From assembly GCA_046155725.1 (NCBI GenBank), contig JBJXFT010000322.1, positions 1 to 62,420 on the forward strand: 62,420 bases of DNA, given 5' to 3'. The notes beneath the pieces were generated by a model, which ran no database searches, had not been told where the DNA came from, and was given only the letters and a program-made list of their open reading frames with translations. Each line of letters opens with the position of its first letter. Position 1 is the first letter of the stretch. Shown piece after piece: positions 1 to 8,540 of the stretch. The translations under genes were made by a program, and so were the position numbers. Source of the DNA: Saprospiraceae bacterium (GTDB taxonomy: Bacteria; Bacteroidota; Bacteroidia; Chitinophagales; Saprospiraceae).

Positions 1-746
1 TGCACCGTTTGCGGAACCATGGGCACAAAATTTTCAAATTGAAAAGCCGAAACACGGCGCAAATTAGGCCAAAATAAATCGCCATCGGCAGAGAGCCAAC
101 CGTGCAGCGCGGCTTCGTGCGCGGGCAAATATTCCCCCGACAGTTTTTGCGAAAACGCAGCCTCGCGGCTTTGCGCCAAAAACCACTCGACGAGCGGCCC
201 CGTGCGGCGCGGCAACCGAGAATCGAGCAAGAAAACCGTGGGCTTTTCGGTTCCCCATTTTTGGGGCGCAGCCCGCCGCAGATCCGTTTTGTTTTGAATC
301 AAAATCGGTTCGCCCACAAAACTCGTGAGTGGGTCAATGCCCGAACTGTTGCCGTGGAAAAAATTTTCCATGCAGGCAAAAATGCTCTTCAGCGCAGCCA
401 AATCGCTGGTTTTTTCGCGGGCATAGCGGTCATATACCGCTGCGCACAATGCCCCCGAACTTCCCAGCCCGTAGCCAGTGGGGATGTTGGACTGAAAAAA
501 AAGCCCGGCCCCCAAGTCGAGCACAAATTGTTCCGCGTCCATTGCTCCCGCCGATCGCAGTGCTTCGCTCTGGGCGAATTGGAACAAACGGGCTTCGTGC
601 CTCCCCGATGACTTTCCCTGCGCCCAATGCCCGCCAAACGCCGGCACCGGCACCGCCAACGCGGACGCGCCAAGGAGCAAAACGTGTTCGCCGAACAAGA
701 GGAGTTTGGCGGGAAAAGTGCGATGGTCGTGCGCTGGAATTGCCAT
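1..746 (-). CDS. GHMP-family kinase (GYDIA / mevalonate-pathway type); 3' end runs off the window
   Basis: Not in the ORF track (no stop in window). Hand translation from the ATG at 746-744 gives MAIPAHDHRTFPAKLLLFGEHVLLLGASALAVPVP...LFFQSNIPTGYGLGSSGALCAAVYDRYA...ENFFHGNSSGIDPLTSFVGEPILIQ. The GHMP motif PxGxGLGSSxA is present and the frame stays open to base 1. Confidence 0.75.
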   Translation of the reverse strand, partial: MAIPAHDHRTFPAKLLLFGEHVLLLGASALAVPVPAFGGHWAQGKSSGRHEARLFQFAQSEALRSAGAMDAEQFVLDLGAGLFFQSNIPTGYGLGSSGALCAAVYDRYAREKTSDLAALKSIFACMENFFHGNSSGIDPLTSFVGEPILIQNKTDLRRAAPQKWGTEKPTVFLLDSRLPRRTGPLVEWFLAQSREAAFSQKLSGEYLPAHEAALHGWLSADGDLFWPNLRRVSAFQFENFVPMVPQTV

Positions 747-879
747 GATAAGATTGCTGCGAAGGTATTCCAGCGAGTAAAAAAAGCAGCCCCATCGCGG
801 CGCATCTTTTCCGTTTTAAAGAAAAAATGCTGCCCAATGAGGCTGCTCATGTTTGGGTTGGGAAGGCAAAGCGAGTTGT

Positions 880-3800
880 TTACATCTTCACCACCCGTTG
901 CACCCAATATTTCCCGCCCGAAAAATCAGCGATGCGGAGCATGTAAACGCCCTGCGGAAACTCGGCGAAACTGAGCGAAGCGTGGCCGCCCGCAAAGTTC
1001 AAGTACCTGGATTTCAAAACCTTGCCTTCCATGTTGGAGATTTGAACCTCGGCTTCGCCCACAATGGCATCTTCCAACAAAATGGTCAGCACGTCGCGCA
1101 CAGGATTGGGGTAGGTTTTCACTTGCAATGCCAAATCCAAAACGGCCACGATGTCGTCCACCAGCCCGTTGCAATCATTGTCGAGGCCATCGGGCAAGTC
1201 CCCTTCCCCGCCGTTGGGGTTCACGAGCGCATTGGTGTCGTCGCAGTCGAGCGAATTGCCCACGTAACCGACCGGAACAATGCCTGAGCAGTTGACCGCC
1301 GCGTCCGCTGCATTTCCAAAGCCATCGCTATCCGCGTCGGCGAAGAAAACAACCGTCGGGAGGCCTTCGTCTACAAGGTCATTGCAGTTGTTGTCAATCT
1401 CGTCGCAGACTTCTGGGGCATTTGGGTTTACATCGGCACTCGTGTCATCGCAGTCAAGGTCATTGTCCACATAGCCAGATGGTGGCGTGACCGTACATGT
1501 ATTGGTGGCTTCGGTGGGATTGCCAAAACCGTCGCCATCCGAGTCGCCAAAGAAAGTATTTTGCGGAAGGTCTTCGTCTATCAGCGCGTCGCAGTCATTG
1601 TCGATGCCGTCGCAGAGCTCGGGAGCGTCTCCGTAAATGGCGGGGTTCGTGTCGTCGCAATCGTCCAGATTGTCCACATAATCCGTTGGGGGAGCGGTCA
1701 GGCAAGTGAGGAGCGATATTTCTTGGTTGCCCCGGCCATCGCCGTCAAGGTCCGCGTAGTACAGGAAAGTATCCAGATTATCGTCAATCAGACCGTTGCA
1801 GTCGTTGTCAACATTGTCGCAAGTTTCTGATGCGGCAGGGTTTATTGCTGCGTCATTGTCGTCGCAATCCAAGTCGTTGGCCACAAAACCGCCCGGAGGG
1901 TCGGTGGAGCAAGAAGGGAACGAACTATTGGCCGTGCCAAAACCGTCGCCGTCGCTGTCCTCAAAGTATGTCGTGAGCGGCAGGCCTTCGTCCACCAGGT
2001 TGTTGCAGTCATTGTCCAAGCCGTCGCACAGCTCTGGCGCGCCTGGGTAAATACCTGCTTCAAAATCTATGCAGTCCAAGTTGTTCGTCACATAGCCAAC
2101 CGGGGCGGCGGACAAACAAGTGTCGAGCCGGGCATTCAAATCGCCAAAGCCGTCGCCGTCAGTATCTGCATAAAAAGTATTGACCGTGATGCCCTCGTCC
2201 GTGAAGCCGTCGCAGTTGTTGTCAATGCCGTCGCAGACCTCGGCTGCGCCGGGGAAAATGGCCGCGTTTTCGTCATCGCAGTCCTCCGTCAAAGCATACC
2301 CGTCGGCATCTTGGTCGTTGTTGTAAAAATAGGATTTGGCCTTGTAAAAGGCCGCTGTGCCTACCACCGCACCCGTTTTCCTTCCCGGGATGTCGTCTTC
2401 AGGTGGATGTATTCCGCCCCAAATACGCGAAAGACTCGTCTGGTCGGAAGCATCTCGGTAGGTAGCCCATTGGAGGGTCACGTCCACGCTGGGGCCTTTT
2501 TCCACGCCGAGAAAGCCGCTGTTGGCGGCAATATGATATTCGCCCATGCCACCGGGAAAATACTCGTCACCCGTGAGCAATGTGATGGCTTCTGCTGCTG
2601 AGCGAGAGTAGGTGGAGTGGCCTGAGATATAGCCAGCAAATGGTGGGGTTACAAAAGTTTTCCTTTGGAAAGGCCACCATCCCTCAGCCAAAATCCAACC
2701 CACCCCTGCAATGTCCGTGGCGGGGTTACTGATAGAGTCGAAGGCTTGCCAAGTATAAAACTTTATTTTGCCTACATTCTGGTTGTTCGCGCCCGCCAAA
2801 GGATCGCCCACTTCCACTTGTTCTATGTATCCTGGCACGAGTTTGATGCCTGCCACATCGTAGTTTGGCGCAGTGGGGTCGCTGCTCTGGCCTCGGTCGG
2901 CCATCCAGCGCAAGGCCGTGACGGGGCGTGTGCCGTCGTACCAGCCCTTCATGCCCCAAGCCGTGATGGCTGCGTCGTGGAGTGCTCCGCCGAGCGTGAA
3001 ATATGCTTTCACTTCGTATTCCAGCGAATCGAGCACTGCACCGGTGCCATTGAATTTGCGCACAAATTCGGGGTGATCCATCACATTGTTCAAAATGGAA
3101 AACCAGTGGCCAGGAGGAGTTTCGGAGTTGGGGCCGTCGGCCCAGAATTGGGCCAAAACACGTGTGTAATCGCCCCGGGGCACCACTTGTGGCTGGTATG
3201 GTTGGCCTGTGCTGGGGTTGATGGGGCGGCCAAGGCTTGGCCCGCCGCCTTCTATTTTGTAAAAATCTTTGTACTCCTGAAAAGTGGTCGGAAGCCACGG
3301 CGTGTTTCCGATGGAAGCAGGCGAAATGTCCCACATCACGCTATCTTCAGTCGTAAGGTGCGAAGTCCAAATGGACACCAGATTGAAGTTCCATTTGTAA
3401 TCTTCCGAAGTGCCACCACCATCAATGGTGTCCAAAAACGAGTTCGGGCCAGGGTCGAGGTACACCGGCCAATCAATCCCATTTCGCTGATAAACCGTTT
3501 TTTGAGAATCGGCCATCGCAAACGGCACCACCCTGCCCCACTCCGGACTTTGGAATTTTTGAAGCGAGGGAATTGGGTTGCCGTTTTGGTCTACCGCATT
3601 GTTCAAAATCAGCGGCTGCCAACGGTTGGGATCTATCATGGTAGGGTTGCCGGGGTCAATCGGTCTCATCGGCGGGTTCACAGGCACATAATTGATGTAG
3701 GCATAGTTGCCCTGTTCGTTTGCGCCATCGGAAAGGCCATAAAACGTGACGCAGTCGCCGATGTAATTGCCCAATGCCGCTGGGTCGCCGGATTGATAAA

Positions 3801-4245
3801 AGCTGGAAGTGTTGTTCCAGTCGTAGCCCAGTGCGGTCATCAAGCCCCTGAACCGATTGAGGCTGATAGCCGCGTTCGGGGAGTTCTGAAACCGGCGCGT
3901 CAAGACCTTGTAAGCGGCGAAACTAATGGCCATTTCCCGCGCAGCGTGGATGTCGGGAGGTGTCGGCACACCATCAAATTGGCAAGTGAAAGTGCCCACG
4001 GTTTTGCCGAGCAGGTAGGTGTCGGCGCTCAGCGTGTCGTAAGCCGCCCAAGCATCCCACATTGCCATGGAGACATGGAAAAGGTTGCGGGCTTGCACAG
4101 GAGGGCGGGCCAAGTCTTCGCGGATGGCTTGGAGCATCACTTCGTTCCATCGGCGGGCCACATTGTGCTGTTGGGCCTCTGCAGCATTGGTTTTCAAAAG
4201 GAAAAGCAGCAGGAGGAGCAGGGCGTAGTAAATATTTTTGTTCAT
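880..4245 (-). CDS. Secreted PAP2 / vanadium-haloperoxidase-like protein with six Cys/Asp-rich MopE-type metal-binding repeats and a T9SS C-terminal sorting domain
   Basis: Signal peptide MNKNIYYALLLLLLFLLKTNAAEAQ from the ATG at 4245. PAP2/haloperoxidase motifs SGHSTYS and SRIWGGIHPPEDD. Six repeats of type CDDxxxxIxPGAxExCDGxDNDCxxLxDEG alternate with DxDGDGFG segments. C-terminus YPNPVRDVLTI...GVYMLRI is T9SS-CTD-like. Confidence 0.75.
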   Translation of the reverse strand: MNKNIYYALLLLLLFLLKTNAAEAQQHNVARRWNEVMLQAIREDLARPPVQARNLFHVSMAMWDAWAAYDTLSADTYLLGKTVGTFTCQFDGVPTPPDIHAAREMAISFAAYKVLTRRFQNSPNAAISLNRFRGLMTALGYDWNNTSSFYQSGDPAALGNYIGDCVTFYGLSDGANEQGNYAYINYVPVNPPMRPIDPGNPTMIDPNRWQPLILNNAVDQNGNPIPSLQKFQSPEWGRVVPFAMADSQKTVYQRNGIDWPVYLDPGPNSFLDTIDGGGTSEDYKWNFNLVSIWTSHLTTEDSVMWDISPASIGNTPWLPTTFQEYKDFYKIEGGGPSLGRPINPSTGQPYQPQVVPRGDYTRVLAQFWADGPNSETPPGHWFSILNNVMDHPEFVRKFNGTGAVLDSLEYEVKAYFTLGGALHDAAITAWGMKGWYDGTRPVTALRWMADRGQSSDPTAPNYDVAGIKLVPGYIEQVEVGDPLAGANNQNVGKIKFYTWQAFDSISNPATDIAGVGWILAEGWWPFQRKTFVTPPFAGYISGHSTYSRSAAEAITLLTGDEYFPGGMGEYHIAANSGFLGVEKGPSVDVTLQWATYRDASDQTSLSRIWGGIHPPEDDIPGRKTGAVVGTAAFYKAKSYFYNNDQDADGYALTEDCDDENAAIFPGAAEVCDGIDNNCDGFTDEGITVNTFYADTDGDGFGDLNARLDTCLSAAPVGYVTNNLDCIDFEAGIYPGAPELCDGLDNDCNNLVDEGLPLTTYFEDSDGDGFGTANSSFPSCSTDPPGGFVANDLDCDDNDAAINPAASETCDNVDNDCNGLIDDNLDTFLYYADLDGDGRGNQEISLLTCLTAPPTDYVDNLDDCDDTNPAIYGDAPELCDGIDNDCDALIDEDLPQNTFFGDSDGDGFGNPTEATNTCTVTPPSGYVDNDLDCDDTSADVNPNAPEVCDEIDNNCNDLVDEGLPTVVFFADADSDGFGNAADAAVNCSGIVPVGYVGNSLDCDDTNALVNPNGGEGDLPDGLDNDCNGLVDDIVAVLDLALQVKTYPNPVRDVLTILLEDAIVGEAEVQISNMEGKVLKSRYLNFAGGHASLSFAEFPQGVYMLRIADFSGGKYWVQRVVKM

Positions 4246-4341
4246 GGAAATGTAAAAGCAACCGACAGACAACGAGGCGAAATCCCTCAGGCGCGCGGCC
4301 AACAAGTGGGCAAAGGAAAGCAGGAACACCGAGCAGTAAGA

Positions 4342-6630
4342 TTAGAGTTTCCTTAAAATCCGCGCCGACACCCGCTTAGACTCGCCCTGAATGACGACGC
4401 AATAAGCCCCTGCGGGGAACGCCTTTACGCCCACGGCGACTTGTTTTTCATTTTGAAAAAATGACTTTTCAAAAACCGTTTCTCCCAAAACGTTCAACAG
4501 CTGGAGGCTGAATTTTTCGGAAAAACCTTCCGGCAAAGCCACGTTCAAAACCTCCTCGGCAGGGTTGGGGAAAAAGCGGAAACCTGCTGCCGCCAACGCA
4601 GCGTCGGTGCCCACGTCAATGATGTGGATGATTTGGCCCGTGCTACTGCTGCACCCATAAGGCGTTGAAACGGTGAGTTTTACTTCGTAGGTCCCCGTTC
4701 CGGGAAACAGGTGCTGCGCCGTAGGCTGCTGGGCAAAAGTGCCGTCGCCAAAATCCCAGGCGTAGAGATTGCCGGCGGTTTCGGTAGCGGCGAATTGCCA
4801 GTCCAGCGCGTTGAGCGGCACGGACGAAAAGTTTGCGTCGAGGTTTGGCAGGTTTTGCCCAAAAGTAAAATCAAGCCACGCGAAACGGCTGTGGAGCCAA
4901 TCCGTCATCTTGGCTACTTCGCCTGCGTAAGTGTCGGGCAAAGGCCCCGGATTGGGCCAAACGTATTTGCCGAGAATGGGCCATTTCTGAAAATTGCGCG
5001 CTTGCGCTTCCTCCAGCACCGCCGCCATCGAGTCAATCACTCCAAAGAAGTCGGCGTTTTTCAAGTTCATTTCGCGCAGCGATTGCCAACGGCAGGCGAG
5101 GTTTTGGGCAAAAAGCGTGTCGCTCATCAGCCGCTCCCACCAGAACGGCACGCCCGCATCCCCACAAATGTAGTTGATGTCAAAAGCAAACCCAGAGGTG
5201 TTGAAATTGTCGCAGTAATCGGCATTGTACCAAGCCAAATCATAGTCCCACGGCGGCCCCATGCGGAGCTTCCCGCCCCGGTCGTCGCGGTCTTTGTGGA
5301 AATAGGTGCTGAGTCGGTAGCCGTCCACATTTTTGCTTATCTCGTTGAGGATGAGGTAATCCACAAATGTTTTTTCTTCTCCAAACCTGCGCCACCCCGT
5401 CTCGTTCTCCTGAAAATCGGGGCCGTGCAGCGCCACTTCAAAACTGTCCACATAACTGCGGATGTAGTTTTGCTGCGTGGCATGAAGTTCGTCCCAACGC
5501 GGATAGGTGTGCTGGAAATAGGTAAAAATGTTGGGGCTGTTTGGCTGCGAAAACGGCGAGTTCCAGCCTGGCGTGCGGTTCCAGTCAATGCGGCAGATAT
5601 AGCCGCCGCTGAGGGCCACGCCCGTGGTGTCGTCAGCTTTGAGTTTGGCCACATTGACCCGGCTGCTGTCGCGGCGGATTTCCTCCGTGAGGATGTACAC
5701 GCCTTGGTAAGTATTGTCCAGCAGCACCTCGCAGAAGCGGGTGCGGGTGGCGTAATGGCCGAGTTGGCGGAAAGTCTCGTAAGCCAGCGCGTTGCGCATC
5801 AAGGTTTTGTCGGAAAAATTGGCCTTCAGTGCGAAATCACTCCCCTGAGGCAAGCGGAGCAGTTCGATTTCTTTGTCCTCTCCCTCGTCGTCGCGCACCT
5901 CAAAGTTGTACGACTTTTTGGGCATCGCTTGCGAGCTGTTGCCGCTCAATTCGATACCGATGGGGCCGGAGTATGCAAAGCCAGTCTGGCTCACATAGTT
6001 TCGTTGGCCGGGGCCATTGTCAATCACCGTCATCTGGGCATCCAACTTGGGTTCGTTCATGATGGGTTGCCCGCCGGTGCTGATTTTCAAAATCGGCAAA
6101 TCGCTCGATTCAAATGGGAACGGTTTGCAGGGGTTTGGCCCAAACGTGATGCTCCAGTCGCCCAAATCGCCCGCGTCGGCAAAAGCGTACGTGTCGAGTA
6201 TGACAAGTTGCCAAGTGCCATTGGGGTCTTGGCCGTTGTTCAGGATGCCCATGTCGCCAAAAGGCCGGAACTCGCCCGTGAACGGATACCAGACTTCAAA
6301 AATGGAGCTGGGCGCATTGCTGCTCAGGCAAGTATTGACAAACCCATCGGTGTCGCCGCCCACGCCCGACACGAGCGGGAGCAGCGTGCCGTCGGGCGCG
6401 CGGAGGCTGATGGCGAGGTCGGCCACCCATTGGTGCGTCGCATTGAGGCACACGCGCTCGATGCCAAAAGCATTGGTGTCCAAGGCGTTGGGCAGGCCGC
6501 TGACGGAAATGTCGAACGTGACAGCGTTGCCGTCGTCGGGGATGATGCCGCCTGCGGCGGAAAAGGTTTGGGCAAAAAAGAGATGGGGGAATGCGAAGAG
6601 AATGACAAAGAGTCGAAGGCAGAATGACAT
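4342..6630 (-). CDS. CotH-family protein with N-terminal proprotein-convertase P-like domain, PKD domain and T9SS C-terminal sorting domain
   Basis: Start moved to MSFCLRLFVILFAFPHLFFAQ (ATG at 6630, signal peptide). The central region resembles CotH kinase-like proteins. PKD-like YAWDFGDGTF...GTYEVKLTV. C-terminus FFPNPAEEVLNV...GAYCVVI is T9SS-CTD-like. Confidence 0.7.
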   Translation of the reverse strand: MSFCLRLFVILFAFPHLFFAQTFSAAGGIIPDDGNAVTFDISVSGLPNALDTNAFGIERVCLNATHQWVADLAISLRAPDGTLLPLVSGVGGDTDGFVNTCLSSNAPSSIFEVWYPFTGEFRPFGDMGILNNGQDPNGTWQLVILDTYAFADAGDLGDWSITFGPNPCKPFPFESSDLPILKISTGGQPIMNEPKLDAQMTVIDNGPGQRNYVSQTGFAYSGPIGIELSGNSSQAMPKKSYNFEVRDDEGEDKEIELLRLPQGSDFALKANFSDKTLMRNALAYETFRQLGHYATRTRFCEVLLDNTYQGVYILTEEIRRDSSRVNVAKLKADDTTGVALSGGYICRIDWNRTPGWNSPFSQPNSPNIFTYFQHTYPRWDELHATQQNYIRSYVDSFEVALHGPDFQENETGWRRFGEEKTFVDYLILNEISKNVDGYRLSTYFHKDRDDRGGKLRMGPPWDYDLAWYNADYCDNFNTSGFAFDINYICGDAGVPFWWERLMSDTLFAQNLACRWQSLREMNLKNADFFGVIDSMAAVLEEAQARNFQKWPILGKYVWPNPGPLPDTYAGEVAKMTDWLHSRFAWLDFTFGQNLPNLDANFSSVPLNALDWQFAATETAGNLYAWDFGDGTFAQQPTAQHLFPGTGTYEVKLTVSTPYGCSSSTGQIIHIIDVGTDAALAAAGFRFFPNPAEEVLNVALPEGFSEKFSLQLLNVLGETVFEKSFFQNEKQVAVGVKAFPAGAYCVVIQGESKRVSARILRKL

Positions 6631-6718
6631 AAGAGAAAGTTGATTTTGCGCGAAAGGTAGGAAGATGTACGGGCTGTTTCCGAGCGCAGGGTACTTACGG
6701 GAAAGTGCGGCCCCAGTG

Positions 6719-7072
6719 TCAGGCAGTCTTGCGGATGCGGATTTTTCGGCCGTCGAAAACAGAAAAAGCATTGGGTAGTTCAACCAAATGAACCAGAATG
6801 GCTCTGCCAGCCAACTCGCCCTTCTCTTCTGGCAGGCAGCCTGAAAGCCGAAGCAGGGTGATTCCGCGATGTGGCATTTTAAGCCGAAAGACCAATTCCC
6901 CAAAGTCTTTGTCTTCGGTAATCAGCAGGGCATTTTGCCGAACGGCAATGCTCAGGACATCTTCGTCTGCGATGGAAGGCTCTTGCTCTGCAATGGCGTA
7001 GATGCGGAGGCCCTGCTCACGGAGGAACTGTACAATGGTGAAATCCACGCTTTCGTCGGCAACGATGTTCAT
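6719..7072 (-). CDS. DUF5615-family PIN-like (Mut7-C-like) putative toxin
   Basis: 117 aa, MNIVADESVDFTIVQFLREQG...LLITEDKDFGELV. Starts 3 nt after the stop of the upstream DUF433 gene. Confidence 0.7.
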   Translation of the reverse strand: MNIVADESVDFTIVQFLREQGLRIYAIAEQEPSIADEDVLSIAVRQNALLITEDKDFGELVFRLKMPHRGITLLRLSGCLPEEKGELAGRAILVHLVELPNAFSVFDGRKIRIRKTA

Positions 7073-7075
7073 GGC

Positions 7076-7309
7076 TCAGGCAATGGCAAAAACAAGGTCG
7101 TTTCTGACGCTGTGTAAGGCGAAGAAGAGGCAGGCGGCAATGTCTTCGCGGGTGATGCGCGGGTAGGCTTTGAGCAGATGCTCGGGTGTTTCGCCCAGCG
7201 CGAGTTTTTCTAAAAGCAACTCTACGGGGATGCGCGTCCCTTTGACAACGGGCTTGCCGAACATGACTGTGGGGTCGGTGGAGATGCGTTCTTGCCAGTT
7301 TTGATTCAT
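7076..7309 (-). CDS. DUF433 domain protein (putative antitoxin)
   Basis: Start taken at MNQNWQERISTDPTVMFGKPVVKGTRIPVELLLEKLALGETPEHLLKAYPRITREDIAACL (ATG at 7309). Typical DUF433 core. The longer ORF-track N-terminus looks spurious. Confidence 0.7.
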   Translation of the reverse strand: MNQNWQERISTDPTVMFGKPVVKGTRIPVELLLEKLALGETPEHLLKAYPRITREDIAACLFFALHSVRNDLVFAIA

Positions 7310-7327
7310 CTTTTTCACGTTTGTCGG

Positions 7328-7335
7328 CAAAGGTA
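7328..7335 (-). promoter_or_regulatory. Candidate Bacteroidota sigma-A -7 box (TACCTTTG) for the DUF433/DUF5615 pair
   Basis: The minus strand reads TACCTTTG, matching TAnnTTTG. It lies 19 nt upstream of the ATG at 7309, in the gap after the VWA gene stop. Confidence 0.35.
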
Positions 7336-7349
7336 AGTGAATCCGATGC

Positions 7350-8438
7350 TCACTTCCGCTTCCGTTTCTTGTAGTTTTCCAACACAAACGACCCCAGCCC
7401 CGATAGGCTGGAATAAAACGCCGTGCCGTTGTTGGTCTGCGTGAAAGCCTCCACGAAACGCACCAAGTAGGGGTCGCGAGCAATCATGAACGTGGTGATG
7501 GGGATGCCCATTTTCTTGCAGCGCATGGCGAGGTTGAGGCAACGGTTGATGATTTTGCGGTCGAGGCCAAAGGAGTTTTTGTAGTAATTCTTCCCTATTT
7601 TCAGGCAGGTTGGCTTGCCGTCGGTGACCATGAAAATCTGGCGGTTGGGGTTGCGGCGTTTTTTGAGGATGTCGAGCGCGAGTTCCAGCCCGGCCACCGT
7701 GTTCGTGTGGTATTCGCCGTTGGTGAGGTAAGGCACATCTTTGAGTTCGATGGGCCAAGCGTCGTCGCCAAACACAATGATGTCGAGCGTGTCTTTGGGA
7801 AAACGGGTACGGATGAACTCGGCCAGCGCGAGCGCCACTTTCTTGGCGGGGGTGATGCGGTCTTCGCCGTACAAGGTCATAGAGTGCGAAATGTCAATCA
7901 TCAGCACCGACGACATTTGGCTCTGGAAGTACGTCTCATGCACTTCCAAATCACCCTGCGTGAGGTTGAATTCGTCAATGCCGTGGTTGATGTAAGCGTT
8001 TCGCAGCGAGTTGGTGATGGCGAGGTTTTCGAGGCTGTCGCCAAATTCGTAAGGCTTCACGTCGGCGGTGTATTCGTCGCCGCGCCCGATGGTGCCGGTG
8101 TTGTGCTGGCCGCTTTTGGCCTTTTTCAAATCCCCAAAGATATCGTCGAGGCTTTTTTGCCGCAGGCTGATTTCGAGTTTTGACGTCGGCCCCATACCGC
8201 CTTCTGCATCGCCGTCGGGGCGGATATAGCCACGCTCTTCCAGCTCGCGGATAAAATCGCCCATGCCATAGTCATCGGTCGTGAGTTTGTACTCGCGGTC
8301 GAGTTCGTTGAGCCACGCAAGCGCCTCGTACACATCGCCCGAGGTGTAGAGCATGAGCTCTTGGAAGATTTTGAAAAGCCGCTCGAACGTGGTCTGGTTC
8401 GGGTCGGGCTTGTAGTCTGTGAAACGGAAACCGAGCAT
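7350..8438 (-). CDS. von Willebrand factor A (VWA) domain protein, CoxE-like
   Basis: 362 aa. The C-terminal half has a VWA/MIDAS-like segment VLMIDISHSMTLYG...FMVTDGKPT. ATG confirmed at 8438. Confidence 0.65.
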   Translation of the reverse strand: MLGFRFTDYKPDPNQTTFERLFKIFQELMLYTSGDVYEALAWLNELDREYKLTTDDYGMGDFIRELEERGYIRPDGDAEGGMGPTSKLEISLRQKSLDDIFGDLKKAKSGQHNTGTIGRGDEYTADVKPYEFGDSLENLAITNSLRNAYINHGIDEFNLTQGDLEVHETYFQSQMSSVLMIDISHSMTLYGEDRITPAKKVALALAEFIRTRFPKDTLDIIVFGDDAWPIELKDVPYLTNGEYHTNTVAGLELALDILKKRRNPNRQIFMVTDGKPTCLKIGKNYYKNSFGLDRKIINRCLNLAMRCKKMGIPITTFMIARDPYLVRFVEAFTQTNNGTAFYSSLSGLGSFVLENYKKRKRK

Positions 8439-8540
8439 GGTGCAGGAGGCTGTCTTCTTGCTACCGCGCCGCTCAGAGGGCAGGTAGGCAAGACAGGATT
8501 GGGGAAACAGGACTTTCTTTTAAAAGTTGAAGTTGGCAAG

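Noticed and set aside
102-974. Several 115-172 aa ORFs at the left edge (102-611, 329-748, 389-907, 430-837, 627-974).
   Set aside because: The third minus-strand frame encodes a clean GHMP kinase (motif GYGLGSSGALCAA) from the ATG at 746 to beyond base 1. The listed ORFs are overlapping alternative-frame artefacts.
2665-4356. Long antisense ORFs opposite real genes. Examples: 2665-4356, 4711-6627, 8655-10355, 15549-17552, 19801-21000, 31773-32900, 33183-34553, 41926-42900, 43408-44394, 53641-54771, 55531-56559, 56656-57549, 58825-59601.
   Set aside because: Their translations are Arg/Gly/His/Val-rich and low in complexity, with no recognisable motifs. Each lies fully inside a well-supported gene on the other strand. 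These are shadow ORFs typical of fairly GC-rich DNA.
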